This document shows, piece after piece, positions 39,701 through 54,420 of a stretch of 64,000 bases of DNA (its first letter is position 1; each line of letters opens with the position of its first letter). The notes under the pieces are model-generated. The model did not search any database and was not told where the DNA came from. It saw nothing but the letters and a program-made list of their open reading frames with translations. The DNA is from Sminthopsis crassicaudata (taxonomy: Eukaryota), in assembly GCF_048593235.1 (NCBI RefSeq), contig NC_133619.1, positions 640,500,558-640,564,557 on the forward strand, read 5' to 3'. Made by a program: the position numbers and the translations under genes.

Positions 39701-42700
39701 TTGACGCGGTCCCAGCGCTTTTCCGCGGTGGCCCGGACCAGCTTGTCGGCAGCAAACAGGCGGACCCGGTTGGAGTTAGTCCCACTCCGGCTCTCAGACG
39801 GGGACATGAAAGACGAGGTCACGAGGAGGACCTGAGAACAGAACACACAGAGACAGAGATGCAGAGATGCAGCTCTAACCTCATGGCATCTTGTCCAAAA
39901 GCTCGCCCCAGTCCCGTCCCCGGGAAGCCCCCCAGGGCCCCGGGTCTGTCCCGCAGACTCCCCCCTTCCCCGTCTGGAGGCCCCTTTTCTCACCTCATAG
40001 TCATGCTCCCCGGCGCCCCCCGCGGAGCTGCCCGCCAGCACCTCGACGAAGGCAGAGCCCTCATTGCCGATGTCTATGCTGTGGATCTGCTCCTCCTTCT
40101 CCAACTGGGGGGGAGGGGGACAGTGCATCAGGCCCGGAGGACCCTGACCAGCAAGAGCTGCGGGTCAGCGGCCGCCCCCCAGATGACAGAGAAGGATCCC
40201 CACGCCCGCCCGGAGATGGGGTCCAGGGCGGGAGGGGCAGAGCCCAGAGAGCCTGGGGGGGAGGGGCTTCCTGCAGGGTGGGGGTGCAGATGCCTGGGTC
40301 ACCTGCAGGATGACGGAGATCTGCTTCTCCCCAGCCTTGGCGGAGCGCCATTTCCGGTAGGTGTCGGCCTTCAGGAGGTTGTCTGCGCAGTGGGTCTGCC
40401 AGGGAACAGAGTTAACTAAACACCTCCCAGTGACATATGACCTGGTAGCCCTGGGAGGGAGGGGCTGCCCACGTCCCTCCCGTGGTGAACACCCAGGGGT
40501 GCTGCTAGCGAGGGGACTCCGGGGGACGCCTGCCCAGCCAGTCTCCGCAGCACCTGAAGTGTGGAAAGGGGGTGGAGGGAGGGGAGCCCAAAGCTCTGAA
40601 GGACCAGCCCCCCTCGGGCCCAGACCCCCTTAGTCCACTAGAGCCGGGTGGGCAGTGAGGTCACTCTCGGGCCCAGCCCCCAACACCCCTCACAGGCCAG
40701 CAAACTCCCAGAAGCCCTTCTGGCCACTCCTGGAATCACCCCCTCAACACTGCTCCTCAATGACAAACACCCAGGAAAACTGCCCCAGAGAAAGCTTTGG
40801 AAAGCCCCGCCCCCCCTTCCCCTCTTCCTGGGGAGAAGCTTGAGATGCTCCAGGACGCCACCTAGAGACAAGACAGTTTCCTAAACCTAAAGGCCCCCCC
40901 CAGGCCTCCTATAGAGACCCTCACAGACCCCCCCCAGGCACCTCCTATAGAGACCCTCACAGCCCCCCCAGGCACCTCCTATAGAGACCCTCACAGCCCC
41001 CCCAGGCACCTCCTATAGAGACCCTCACAGCCCCCCCAGGCACCTCCTATAGAGACCCTCACAGCCCCCCCAGGCACCTCCTATAGAGACCCTCACAGAC
41101 CCCCCAGGCACCTCCTATAGAGACCCTCACGGCCCCCCCAGGCACCTCCTATAGAGACCCTCACAGCCCCCCCAGGCACCTCCTATAGAGACCCTCACAG
41201 CCCCCCCAGGCACCTCCTATGGAGACCCTCACAGACCCCCCCAGGCACCTCCTATGGAGACCCTCACAGCCCCCCCAGGCACCTCCTATGGAGACCCTCA
41301 CAGACCCCCCCAGGCCTCCTATAGAGACCCTCACAGACCCCCCATATAGAGACCCTCACAGACCCCCCCAGGCACCTCCTATAGAGACCCTCACAGACCC
41401 CCCCAGGCACCTCCTATAGAGACCCTCACGGCCCCCCCAGGCCTCCTATAGAGACCCTCACAGACCCCCCCCAGGCCTCCTATAGAGACCCTCATAGACC
41501 CCCCCCTGGCACCTCCTATGGAGACCCTCACAGACCCCCCAGGCACCTCCTATAGAGACTCTCACAGCCCCCCCCAGGCACCTCCTATAGAGACCCTCAC
41601 AGACCCCCCAGGCCTCCTATAGAGACCCTCACAGACCCCCCCCAGGCACCTCCTATAGAGACCCTCACAGACCCCCCAGGCCTCCTATAGAGACCCTCAC
41701 AGACCCCCCCCAGGCACCTCCTATAGAGACCCTCACAGGCCCCCCCAGGCCTCCTATAGAGACTCTCACAGACCCCCCCCAGGCACCTCCTATAGAGACC
41801 CTCACAGACCCCCCCCAGGCACCTCCTATAGAGACCCTCACAGACCCCCCCCAGGCACCTCCTATAGAGACCCTCACGGCCCCCCCAGGCACCTCCTATA
41901 GAGACCCTCACGGCCCCCCCAGGCACCTCCTATAGAGACCCTCACGGACCCCCCCAGACACCTCCTATAGAGACCCTCACGGCCCCCCCAGGCACCTCCT
42001 ATAGAGACCCTCACGGACCCCCCCAGACACCTCCTATAGAGACCCTCACAGACCCCCCCAGGCACCTCCTATAGAGACCCTCACAGACCCCCCCAGGCAC
42101 CTCCTATAGAGACCCTCACGGACCCCCCCAGACACCTCCTATAGAGACCCTCACAGACCCCCCCAGGCACCTCCTATAGAGACCCTCACAGACCCCCCAG
42201 GCCTCCTATAGAGACCCTCACAGACCCCCCAGGCACCTCCTATAGAGACCCTCACAGACCCCCCCAGGCACCTCCTATAGAGACCCTCATAGACCCCCCC
42301 CTGGCACCTCCTATGGAGACCCTCACAGACCCCCCAGGCACCTCCTATAGAGACTCTCACAGCCCCCCCCAGGCACCTCCTATAGAGACCCTCACAGACC
42401 CCCCAGGCACCTCCTATAGAGACTCTCACAGACCCCCCCCAGGCACCTCCTATAGAGACCCTCACAGACCCCCCAGGCCTCCTATAGAGACCCTCACAGA
42501 CCCCCCCCAGGCACCTCCTATAGAGACCCTCACAGACCCCCCAGGCCTCCTATAGAGACCCTCACAGACCCCCCCCAGGCACCTCCTATAGAGACCCTCA
42601 CAGGCCCCCCAGGCCTCCTATAGAGACCCTCACAGACCCCCCCAGGCCTCCTATAGAGACCCTCACAGACCCCCCCCAGGCACCTCCTATAGAGACCCTC

Positions 42701-43326
42701 ACAGACCCCCCAGGCCTCCTATAGAGACCCTCACAGACCCCCCCCAGGCACCTCCTATAGAGACCCTCACGGCCCCCCCAGGCACCTCCTATAGAGACCC
42801 TCACAGACCCCCCCAGGCACCTCCTATAGAGACCCTCACAGACCCCCCCAGACACCTCCTATAGAGACCCTCACAGACCCCCCCAGGCACCTCCTATAGA
42901 GACCCTCACAGACCCCCCCCCCGGAGCCTCTCATGGACTCCCTCACACACTCCTAATTTGTTTCCTAAAGACCCTCATAAGACGCCCACAGGTGTTTCCT
43001 ACAGAGACCCTCAAAGACATCGCCGTTTCTTATAGACGCCCCCAGATGTTTCCCACAGACGCCCCTTATGTGTTTCTAGAGCCCCTCACAGACCCCCCAG
43101 TCGCCCCTCTCGGACACCCTCACAGACAGCTCCAGGGGCTCGTCTAGACACACCCCGGATCACCCAACACAGACACTCCTGGAACCTTAGAGTAACCGGA
43201 AGTCCCTCCCGCAGGGCTTCCCTAACCGGAAGTCTGCAGAAACCCGTGGCCCTCCCTCCCCTCGGGTTCCCTCACCGGATCCTGGCTGCTGCACGACACT
43301 ACGTGGCGGAGGCGGATCTCAGGCAT
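36706..43326 (-). CDS. XRCC1: DNA repair scaffold XRCC1, about 618 aa
   Basis: 17 exons: 43326-43276, 40395-40303, 40104-39994, 39831-39673, 39582-39505, 39430-39325, 39120-38993, 38911-38797, 38718-38487, 38407-38291, 38204-38141, 37856-37727, 37639-37585, 37507-37371, 37224-37134, 36988-36913, 36819-36706 (1857 nt). NTD start MPEIRLRHVVSCSSQD, BRCT1 (VVVLSGFQNPFRSELRDKALELGAKY), FHA-binding motif YAGSTDENT, and BRCT2 ending QLYGVVPQA*. Minus-strand AATAAA at 36660-36665. Confidence 0.97.
40893..42925. repeat. About 34-bp minisatellite (roughly 60 copies, about 2 kb) in XRCC1 intron 1
   Basis: Unit c(6-8)agg(ca)cctcctat(a/g)gagac(c/t)ctcac(a/g)g(a), with length variation in the C-run. Confidence 0.98.
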
Positions 43327-43500
43327 AGCGGGGCCAAGGGCCAGGCGGGATGACACCTTCAAGTCCGAGGCCTCTGGACCAGGCCAGCGCCTGGGAAGGA
43401 GGTGGCCGCTCTTTTAGGGCAGCACTAGTGCGCAGGCGCGCGGCCTCCCGGGACCTGTTTAAAGTCGAGCGCGCGCTCCCTGCTGCTGCGCAGGCGTACT
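43190..43500 (-). promoter_or_regulatory. XRCC1 promoter/first-intron elements: ETS and NRF1-like sites
   Basis: CCGGAAGT at 43196 and 43226. tgcgcaggcg at about 43430 and about 43487. CpG island. Confidence 0.6.
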
Positions 43501-45354
43501 GGCCCTCTCCCCAACTTCCCCTGGCTCCGCCTCCCATAACCACTCTAGCCTCTTCTCTCTATGATTCGTCCTGGCTCTAAGCCCGTCCCATGAGTCCGCC
43601 CTTCCTTGGTCTGTCCCTCCAATGGCAGCCTTTGTGGTCTCTCTGCCCTCTCTTCTCTCCTAGCCCCACCTCTCCCCCCCCTCCACTCTAGCCCCTTTTC
43701 TCTATGCCACATTCCCTTTGCTCCACCCCTTTTTCTAGCCCCTCTCTAGCCCTTCCTCTCGCTGACCCACCCTCAGGCGGGCACCGTGACATTTCCCGCC
43801 TCCCGGACTCCGGAGCCCATTTCCATTGGTGGCTGCGTCCCTGTTCTCCTTTTCCATTGGATGGCTTGGTCCGAGGGAACCTGCTCCTGGCTGCCCAAGT
43901 AGGAGTCCAGGGCTTTGCTGTACCCTAAATCAACCCAACTTGAGGGCGGGGGTGGGATGAGCCCCCGCAGACCCATTCGGGCCCCGATAAACCAGGCAGT
44001 CTGGGCAGCTGCTGAGCCCGCGTGGTCGGAGGCAGCCCAGAGGGGCCACTTCGGAGGCGTAACTAGAACCCAGGACCAGAAGTCGTCCCTCTGACTACAG
44101 ACGGTTCAGTTAAGAGCGCTTCTACCCTCAGCTCCGGGTTCTCCCCCCATTCTGTCCTTAGGGAGGCTTTTTGTTTGGGGGGTGCCGCTTGAACAAAGAC
44201 CAGCAAATACAAAGTAACGCCGGGGAAGGGCGACGGAAGGCTTCCTGGAGGAGGGGGTGCCCGATGGCCCCTCTGGGGGACAAATGTTGCCCGGCCGGGC
44301 TTCAATAGAGACAACTTTAATAATGCTGATCAAACTTGGTCTAAATCGGGTGGTCTACCCTTGTCTTTATACCTTGTAAATCCCTCCCCCGCCCCCGGAG
44401 CTCCCCTGTGTGGACACCGGAACGGCTCGGGTCATGGCCCGGTACCGGGCTTCACCACCGCTTTGGAGAACCCCCTTCTGGACTTGGACACTCATCTTCC
44501 CGATGGGGGTGTTCAAGTTCCTGAACCCCAGTTTTCTGAGGGAACCCCAAATACAAGAGCCCTGGAAGCAGCTCGAGGGGAGGAAGGTTTCAGTGGTGTG
44601 GGGAGCGCCGGGCCCCCATTGCAACGGGGGGGGGGGGGTGTGAATGGAGTTTATTCCCAGCCCCTCCGAGGCCCGTATCAGCACAGGTGTAAGGCGCGCC
44701 CCCAGTGGCGGCCGTTTGCGTTCACCTGGAGGGCCCCGCCCACCTCCGGGTCCCGGTCTGTGTCGGTGCCTGGAGGCGGGGCTTCAGACCCCCCACCGAG
44801 CTTCCGCTTTGAATGTTTGCTATCTGTTTTAAAAAAATAGACTTCCTCGGGGATTTTTTATACTTGGGGAGTGGAACGGGTTCACTGCCCCAAACCCGCA
44901 AACCACGTGGGATGGTCCCAGAATGCAGCCCGCAAGCCGACGTCGAGTGGGGGTGGGGCTTGCCTCGGGAGAGAGCTCAGCTTTCCGAAGGGGATCTGAG
45001 CCGGCAAGAGGCCCCCGGACCCGGGCTCCCGGAGTCGGGGTGACGGCCGCGGGGGGCGTGGCTAGTTGGCAGGCGTTAAAGAGGCGGGTCAGGGGGCGGG
45101 GCTTGCTTCCGGTGTGTGCTCTTCTCGGCCCTGCCAAGCTTCGGGCATCATCTGGGTCTCGGAAAAGTCGCCAGAACTTCGGGGCCTCCCCCGTGGGGCC
45201 CACCTGGGGCGGTCCCCTTGCTGGAGACGCCTCGGAGCTCGGGAGGGAGGCGCCCTCTGTGGCTTCACGTGCAGCGGCCGAGTGCTTAGAGCGCTTCAGT
45301 CAGCGCCGCCCGAGTGCACATCCTACCCCAGTCCCCGACTAGGTGCGTGACCCC

Positions 45355-45480
45355 GGTGAAATCACTTCAGTTTGTAGAGTTTTCCCATCTGTAAAATGGG
45401 GGCGATAATAGCATCTTTCTCCCAAGTTGTTGTGAGAATTAAATGAGATATTTGCAAAGTGTCTGGTTTACATTAATGTT
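45355..45480. mobile_element. MIR/CORE-SINE fragment
   Basis: agttttcccatctgtaaaatgggg..gataatagca...gttgttgtgagaattaaatgagata. Confidence 0.8.
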
Positions 45481-47864
45481 GTAAATCATAATTATTACAT
45501 TACATATAATACGGTAGGAAATGTATTTTGCATTATCTATGGAGTGCAACATGCCTCCTTTTTTTCCTCTTACCCTGTCAGGGTTCTGGTGCAGACCCTC
45601 AGCGCCTCACACCGGGAGGGTGGCCTCCTGCCTTTGAGACTCCATTCAGCCACTCAAACCCACATCTCACTACCTCCTCCCCCCTCAACGAATCCCAGCG
45701 GCTCCCTCTTGTCCGAGTTTGGATGCAAAATGCTCGGCCTCCCTCGTGACCCGGCCCTTCTTTTCCAGTGCTCTTCTGCTGTGGCCAGAACTTGAAACGA
45801 GGTGTAATGCTTTAAAGGAGTCCACACATTAGACATTAGAGAGCACGCGCCCACTACAGGACAAGGCCACTCTTGGACTTCTGGGAGACTCCCAAGTCAG
45901 AAGCCCACTCTGGGAGGAGTTCAGATTCATTCCAGCTCCCACCTTTGTTCGGGCTGGAGATGTTCGGAGAGAGCTCTCGGAACCAAGGAGAGAGCTGGGC
46001 CTCTAAGAAAGCTAATACCGGGCCCAGGAAAGGAGACAAGAATTAAAAGGAACAATAAAGGATTTGGACTCCTGGTTGCATTTGGGCTTATTACAATGAA
46101 CTGAAACTAGGGCTGCTCCAGAAGCTCCCCAAGAAAGCTGCTCCCAGAGAACATTACAATCTAGAGAAGAGAACATTACCCTCTTAGCCCTTGCTCCTCC
46201 GCATGCACTCCGTAGATCCGAGACACTGGGTTCCTGTCCCCTCCTTGTGGTTGCCGTTAAGCCCCCCCTTTCTGTAACCCCCTCAATCTCACAGCCTCCC
46301 TGTGGATGACTTCCTCCTTCTCTATGTCCCTCACTTTGCAGATTTTCCATTAGATTTCAAACTCCTTTAGGGCGGGGGCGGGCGTTCCTTTACCTCTTCT
46401 TGTATCCCCAGAACTTAGGATAATGGCTGGCATGGAGTAGGCCGATTGACAGACTGAATGAAATAAAGGCTGCTTTGTGTCCCCTATAAATGTACTGTTA
46501 CCTTGAGTCCTTGTAAAGGATCTGAGGGAACTAATTTTTTTTTTTTTTTTTTAACAACCAACCAGGAACCATAGCCAGAGATTTCCCAGAGTGAATCCTG
46601 GGTATGAGCAGGGGGTTAACCCAACTCTCCCCTCCCCCAGTCTCCACTCCCTGCCCCCCCAGCTCAAACCCAGACCCTCTCGTTATAAGGACCTAACTTC
46701 CTACTTCTGCCACTTTCTCAAGATGGAGGAACGACACTTGAGCCCCCAGAAGTCACGCCCCCATTTCTTGCCCGATGATTCACTTGAAAATCTGCTGCTG
46801 CTCCCAGTTCTGGCCAGCATGGAAACTGAGGCAGGGAGAATTGGTCCAGGTAGAGAATTCATATCCATTGACCGCAAATTGCCAGTGGAAGACTTTCAGG
46901 TGCTCTTCCATGCGTGAGTGGCCCCTTTCTCCAGTGGGTTACAGACCTCCTTTTCCCCTCCTAATTTTTTCAGACACTGGGAGGGGTGTTCTATGGGAAG
47001 CCCCCATTCTCTTAGGTCTCTCCAAGCTCCTTTCCTGAAACCGCTCTGTGAGGTAAGCATCAATGATCCCATTGTACAGGTACAGAAACTGAGGGGAGAG
47101 AATGTGATTTGCTCGGGGCAATGATAGGTGCGTGGGAAAGTCATCAGAAGGCCCAGTTCTCCAGGCCAGGTTCTCCTCTTGATTATGAGATCGTGGGTGT
47201 TGATCTGGTAGGAACTCGAGAATTCATCTATTCAGTGAATGGGAAAACAGGCCTGGAGACATGAAGGAATCCAGCGAGAGTGAGCTCCTTTTCCCCCCTA
47301 GAAAGCGAGGGGGTTAAAGCTCTGGGCGTCCTCCCAGCTCTGACGTGAGGGGTTTTCGTGCTCCGATAGTTTTCCAGGTATCGTCCGACTCTGGCCCTGG
47401 AGGATCTTACCCTGGGGATCCCTTCCCCGATCAGGGACGGGGCTTCTGCCCCCTCCCTGGGAGGGTCAGGTCCGAGGGCGGCAGGGGAAGGAGCCTTCAC
47501 ACAAAGGCAGGAGTGTGAGCAGGTCATGGGGGAGGAGGGCCCCAGACATCCTGTCCCCCTCAGCGACGTGTAGGAACAAGCTGGGCAAAGGCAAGCTGGG
47601 TGGAGAAGCTGGGCAGGCGGGCTGACTCATTGCAGGCAGCTGTCTTAAGAAAACTGGGCAGGAGAGGAGGGACTTGGGGCTTTGACCCCTCCCAACCCCT
47701 GTCTCTGCTCCCCAAGCTGTGGCATCCTGTTCGGCGGAGATGGACGAAGGAAGGGGAGGAGAGAGGGAGCGAGCCCTGGACTCTGAGATTATCCTGGTAA
47801 CTGGAATGGGGCTGGGGGGGAGGCGGGGATTAGACTGGCCCTGCCCCCCCCACCCCGTCCCTGC

Positions 47865-47880
47865 CCTTCTATAAGGCCCG
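47865..47880 (+). promoter_or_regulatory. Candidate TATA-like box of the proximal PINLYP promoter
   Basis: TATAAG at 47870-47875, preceded by GC boxes and 40 nt upstream of the ATG. Confidence 0.45.
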
Positions 47881-47909
47881 TGGGCCCCGATCTAGGAGCA
47901 GACTTCACG

Positions 47910-50683
<2,774 letters not shown>

Positions 50684-51369
50684 GGAGTCCGGCGGACAAA
50701 CCCGGGCGCCCCCCGGCCAGCTCCGTGCGGCTTTCGGGAGTCCCGGCGGGCGGCGGAGGGGGGGCAGGGCTGGGGGGCAGGGCGCGCATGGTCTGCGTCT
50801 CTGAGCCTGAGGAGGCAGGAGGCCCAAGAATAAATCCCACTTCCCCCGGGAGGGGAGCCTGCGGCTGTTGCCTCAGTTTCGTTTCCCGAGAGAGCGCGCC
50901 CCAGCTTCCCCCGAGATCCCGCGCCGGCCACAAAGAATAAAAGCAAGCGGCACGTGTACGCACGCAGCCCCCCCCCCCCACCTCGCCCCCACCTCTGCAA
51001 AGGAGGATGGAGGTTTTTTTCTTTGAGGGGAGGGGGATGAGGCAGCTGGGGTTAAGGGTTAAGCCCAGGGTCACACAGCTAGGAAGTGTTAAAAGTGTCT
51101 CAGGTCACATTAGAACTCAAGTCCTCCTGACTTCTGCGCTGGTGCTCCACCCACTGCGCCACCTGGCGGCCCCAGGATGGAGTTTTCAGCTCTTCTTGGA
51201 GGCCCAGCGTGGTCACAATGATTAAACTGTATTGTACGTGGCTTTTGGGCTTATTGCTGTTAAATGGAGGAGGTCAATTGGAAAGGAAGGCCCTGACCCT
51301 CCCCCCCTCCCAAGGGTCAGCGGAGGAGCCCTACAAAGAGAGGCAGGGGTGGCCTCGGGCTCCGGAGAA

Positions 51370-51540
51370 CGGCACCGCTAGGCGGGATGCAGCGCACGGA
51401 CCGCCCAGCCTGGAGCAGAAGACTGACTCGGGATGAGTTCGAATCTGTCCCCGGACATTTACTGGCCGTGTGGGCCCGAGCACGTCCCTTCACCCCGTCT
51501 GCCTTAGCTCCTCATCTGTAAAATGGGTTGGAGAAGGAAT
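51370..51540 (+). mobile_element. MIR-type SINE, heavily GC-substituted
   Basis: gctaggcgg..gcag...cctggagcagaagac...gagttcgaatct...catttactggccgtgtgg...ctcatctgtaaaatggg. Confidence 0.7.
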
Positions 51541-51749
51541 GACAGACCCATCCCGTACCTCTAAAACCCGAATAGGGACACAAGTCAACGACAACAATGG
51601 GCCAGCCCACAACGAGCTAATACTCTCTCAGGGAGTGTGACGGAATCAGACAGACAAACGGGGGGGACCGGAGGGACGCTAGCAGCACCCGGGAAGAGCA
51701 GGAGAGACCCTCGGGAGGGGGAGGCTTTTGCAGTTCTAAGGTGAAGCTA

Positions 51750-52900
51750 GTTGTGGGTAGAAAGAAACTAATCATGAAAAGTTGTGGCTAGGTAGAAACT
51801 AGTTGTGGTTAGACAGAAACTAGTTGTGGCTAGATAGAAACTAATGATGAAAAGCTGTGGCTAGATAGAAACTAGTTGTGGTTAGACCGGAACTAGTTGT
51901 GGCTAGATAGAAACTAATGATGAAAAGCTGTGGCTAGGTAGAAACTAGTTGTGGCTAGATAGAAACTAATAATGAAAAGCTGTGGCTAGGTAGAAACTAG
52001 TTGTGGTTAGACAGAAACTAGTTGTGGCTAGATAGAAACTAATGATGAAAAGCTGTGGCTAGATAGAAGCTAATCATGCAAAGCTGTGGCTAGATAGAAA
52101 CTAGTTTTGGTTAGACCGAAACTAGTTGTGGCTAGATAGAAACTAGTTGTGGCTAGATAGAAACTAATGATGAAAAGCTGTGGCTAGATAGAAACTAGTT
52201 GTGGTTAGACCGAAACTAGTTGTGGCTAGATAGAAACTAATGATGAAAAGCTGTGGCTAGATAGAAGCTTATCATGCAAAGCTGTGGCTAGATAGAAACT
52301 AGTTGTGGTTAGACAGAAACTAGTTGTGGTTAGATAGAAATTAGTTGTGGTTAGATAGAAACTAATGATGAAAAGCTGTGGCTAGATAGAAACTAGTTGT
52401 GGCTAGATAGAAACTAATCATGAAAAGCTGTGGCTAGAAACTAGTTGTGGTTAGATAGAAACTAATGATGAAAAGCTGTGGCTAGATAGAAACTAGTTGT
52501 GGCTAGATAGAAGCTAATGATGAAAAGCTGTGGCTAGATAGAAACTAATTATGAAAAGCTGTGGCTAGATAGAAACTAGTTGTGGTTAGACAGAAACTAG
52601 TTGTGGCTAGATAGAAACTAGTTGTGGCTAGATAGAAACTAATCATGAAAAGCTGTGGCTAGATAGAAACTAATCATGAAAAGCTGTGGCTAGGTAGAAA
52701 CTAGTTGTAGTTAGACAGAAACTAGTGGCTAGATAGAAACTAGTTATGAAAACTGTGGCTAGACAGAAACTAGTTGTGGCTAGATAGAAACTAATTATGA
52801 AAAGTTGTGGCTAGATAGAAACTAGTTGTGGTTAGATAGAAACTAATAGTGAAAAGTTGTAGCTAAATAGAAACGAGTTGTGAATTGATAGTTGTGAGTA
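51750..52900. repeat. AT-richer minisatellite with 21-bp and 31-bp units and a 73-bp higher-order period
   Basis: Unit A ttgtgg(c/t)tagatagaaactag. Unit B ctgtggctagatagaaactaat(g/c)atgaaaag. TGATGAAAA anchors at 51845/51918 and 52168/52241 are each 73 apart. Confidence 0.95.
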
Positions 52901-53279
52901 AATAGAAGAAATGGAAAGATTGTCAGGTCTGCAGTCAAGAAGGGCTGAGTTCAAATTCACCCTCAGATATTTACCAGCTGTGTGAATCTGGCAAGTCACT
53001 TAACCTGTTTCCCTCAGTTCCTGTTGGAATATATGGGAGCCACCTGCCAGTGGCTGCTGGAGATCCAACCTAGAATGGATCTCCTCTTGGGAGAGGATGA
53101 TACAAGGAGACTAGAGGCAGTTGCTGTTCTCTGACCTCTGGCTGAGAGGCTATTGTGTTGTCTGACCTCTCTCCTCTTCCCTCTGACTCCAATGTATCTC
53201 ACTCCCACTCCGAAACACCTGTGTCAGTCAAGGCTGCCCTGCAGCTCCTTCAGATGCTGTGATCTACAGCTGTGAGACT

Positions 53280-53430
53280 CTCGGAGAACTGACCTGGGTC
53301 TTAACAACTGTAAAATGGGGATACTAATAATACCTACCTTGAAGGTTGGTGGTGAGGATCAAATAAGAGAATAGGTATAAAAAAGCACTTAATAGAGTGG
53401 CTGGCACATAGTAGGCATTATATAAATGCC
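53280..53430. mobile_element. MIR fragment
   Basis: ctgtaaaatggggatactaataatacctacct...gttggtg.tgaggatcaaat...aaagcactta...cctggcacatagtaggc. Confidence 0.8.
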
Positions 53431-53899
53431 TTAATATTATAAGAGGCAAAGGGGAGGAAGGCAATGCATTCTAAGAACGAAGGATTCAGCTTGTTCAAAG
53501 AAAGAAGATGCAGTGGAATATGGGACAAAATATAATGGATTGTAGACAGTTTGAAGGGGAGTAACGTTTAAGTCTTGAAATGTAGACGGCAACCAGTTTG
53601 CAAAGTCTTTAAATACTTAATGGATTATATGACCCTAGAAGAAATAGGGAACTACTGCCGTTTATTGAGCAAGAGAGCACCCTGAATTTTGGGAATAAAA
53701 CTTTGGCAGTTGTTTATTGGATAGCTGCCATCAGGAAGAAAGAAGGGTGAGGGGTGCAATAGTTCAAAACAGAGGTGTTATAAGTTCCTGAACTAGGGTC
53801 ATGTGAGTGGAGAAGAAACCGGTTAGCCAGTTGTCACAAGAAAGCTACCCTAGAATGAGTGTCAGGAGAGAGTACTGTCACCCAAACCCAAGACTGGAG

Positions 53900-54420
53900 G
53901 AGGGCCATTGTTCAATTCAAGTCAATAAGCATTTCTTAAGCCCCTATTACAGGCCTGGTCCCTGTATCCCAAGCAGTGGGGATACTAAAAGAGGCAAAAA
54001 TCTGTCTGCCCTCAAGGAGCTTCCTTTTAATGGAGATAACTTGCAAACAAATGTACTTACAAGGGATAAATGGGAGATAATTAAAAAGGGAAAGTACTGA
54101 ATTTTAGATGGGACTTAAAGGAAGACAGGGAGGCCGGAAGGCAGAATGGAGGAGGGACATCCTTCCAGGGATGGGGGACCGAGAAAACGCCTAGAGCAGA
54201 GGAAGGGAAAAAACCAGGAGGCCAGGGCCACTTGGATGGAAGAGGATGTTTTGGGGAGTGTAAGGAGACTAGAAAGTCAGGAAGGGCTTTGAATGCCAAA
54301 TAGCATTTTGTGTTTGATCCTGAAGGCCATAGGGGACCTCTGGAGTTGAGTGTGTGTGTGTGGGGGGGGGGGTATATGTATGTAAAATGTAATTTTAAGT
54401 CACTCTGATGGCTTAATATT
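53900..54420 (-). mobile_element. L2-type LINE 3' fragment, antisense
   Basis: ttcaattcaagtcaataagcattt.ttaagc.cctatta...ggggatac.aaaagaggcaaaa..ctgtctgccctcaaggagctt is the reverse complement of a marsupial L2 3' end. Confidence 0.7.

Noticed and set aside
40893-42925. Repeat-spacer-like periodicity suggesting a CRISPR array
   Set aside because: Units are contiguous with no unique spacers, there are no cas genes, and the context is a mammalian intron. The same applies to the arrays at 30.3-31.8 kb and 51.7-52.9 kb.
43970-44340. Possible structured ncRNA upstream of XRCC1
   Set aside because: No tRNA, snRNA or snoRNA box motifs or convincing long stems seen by eye. An Infernal/Rfam scan would settle it.
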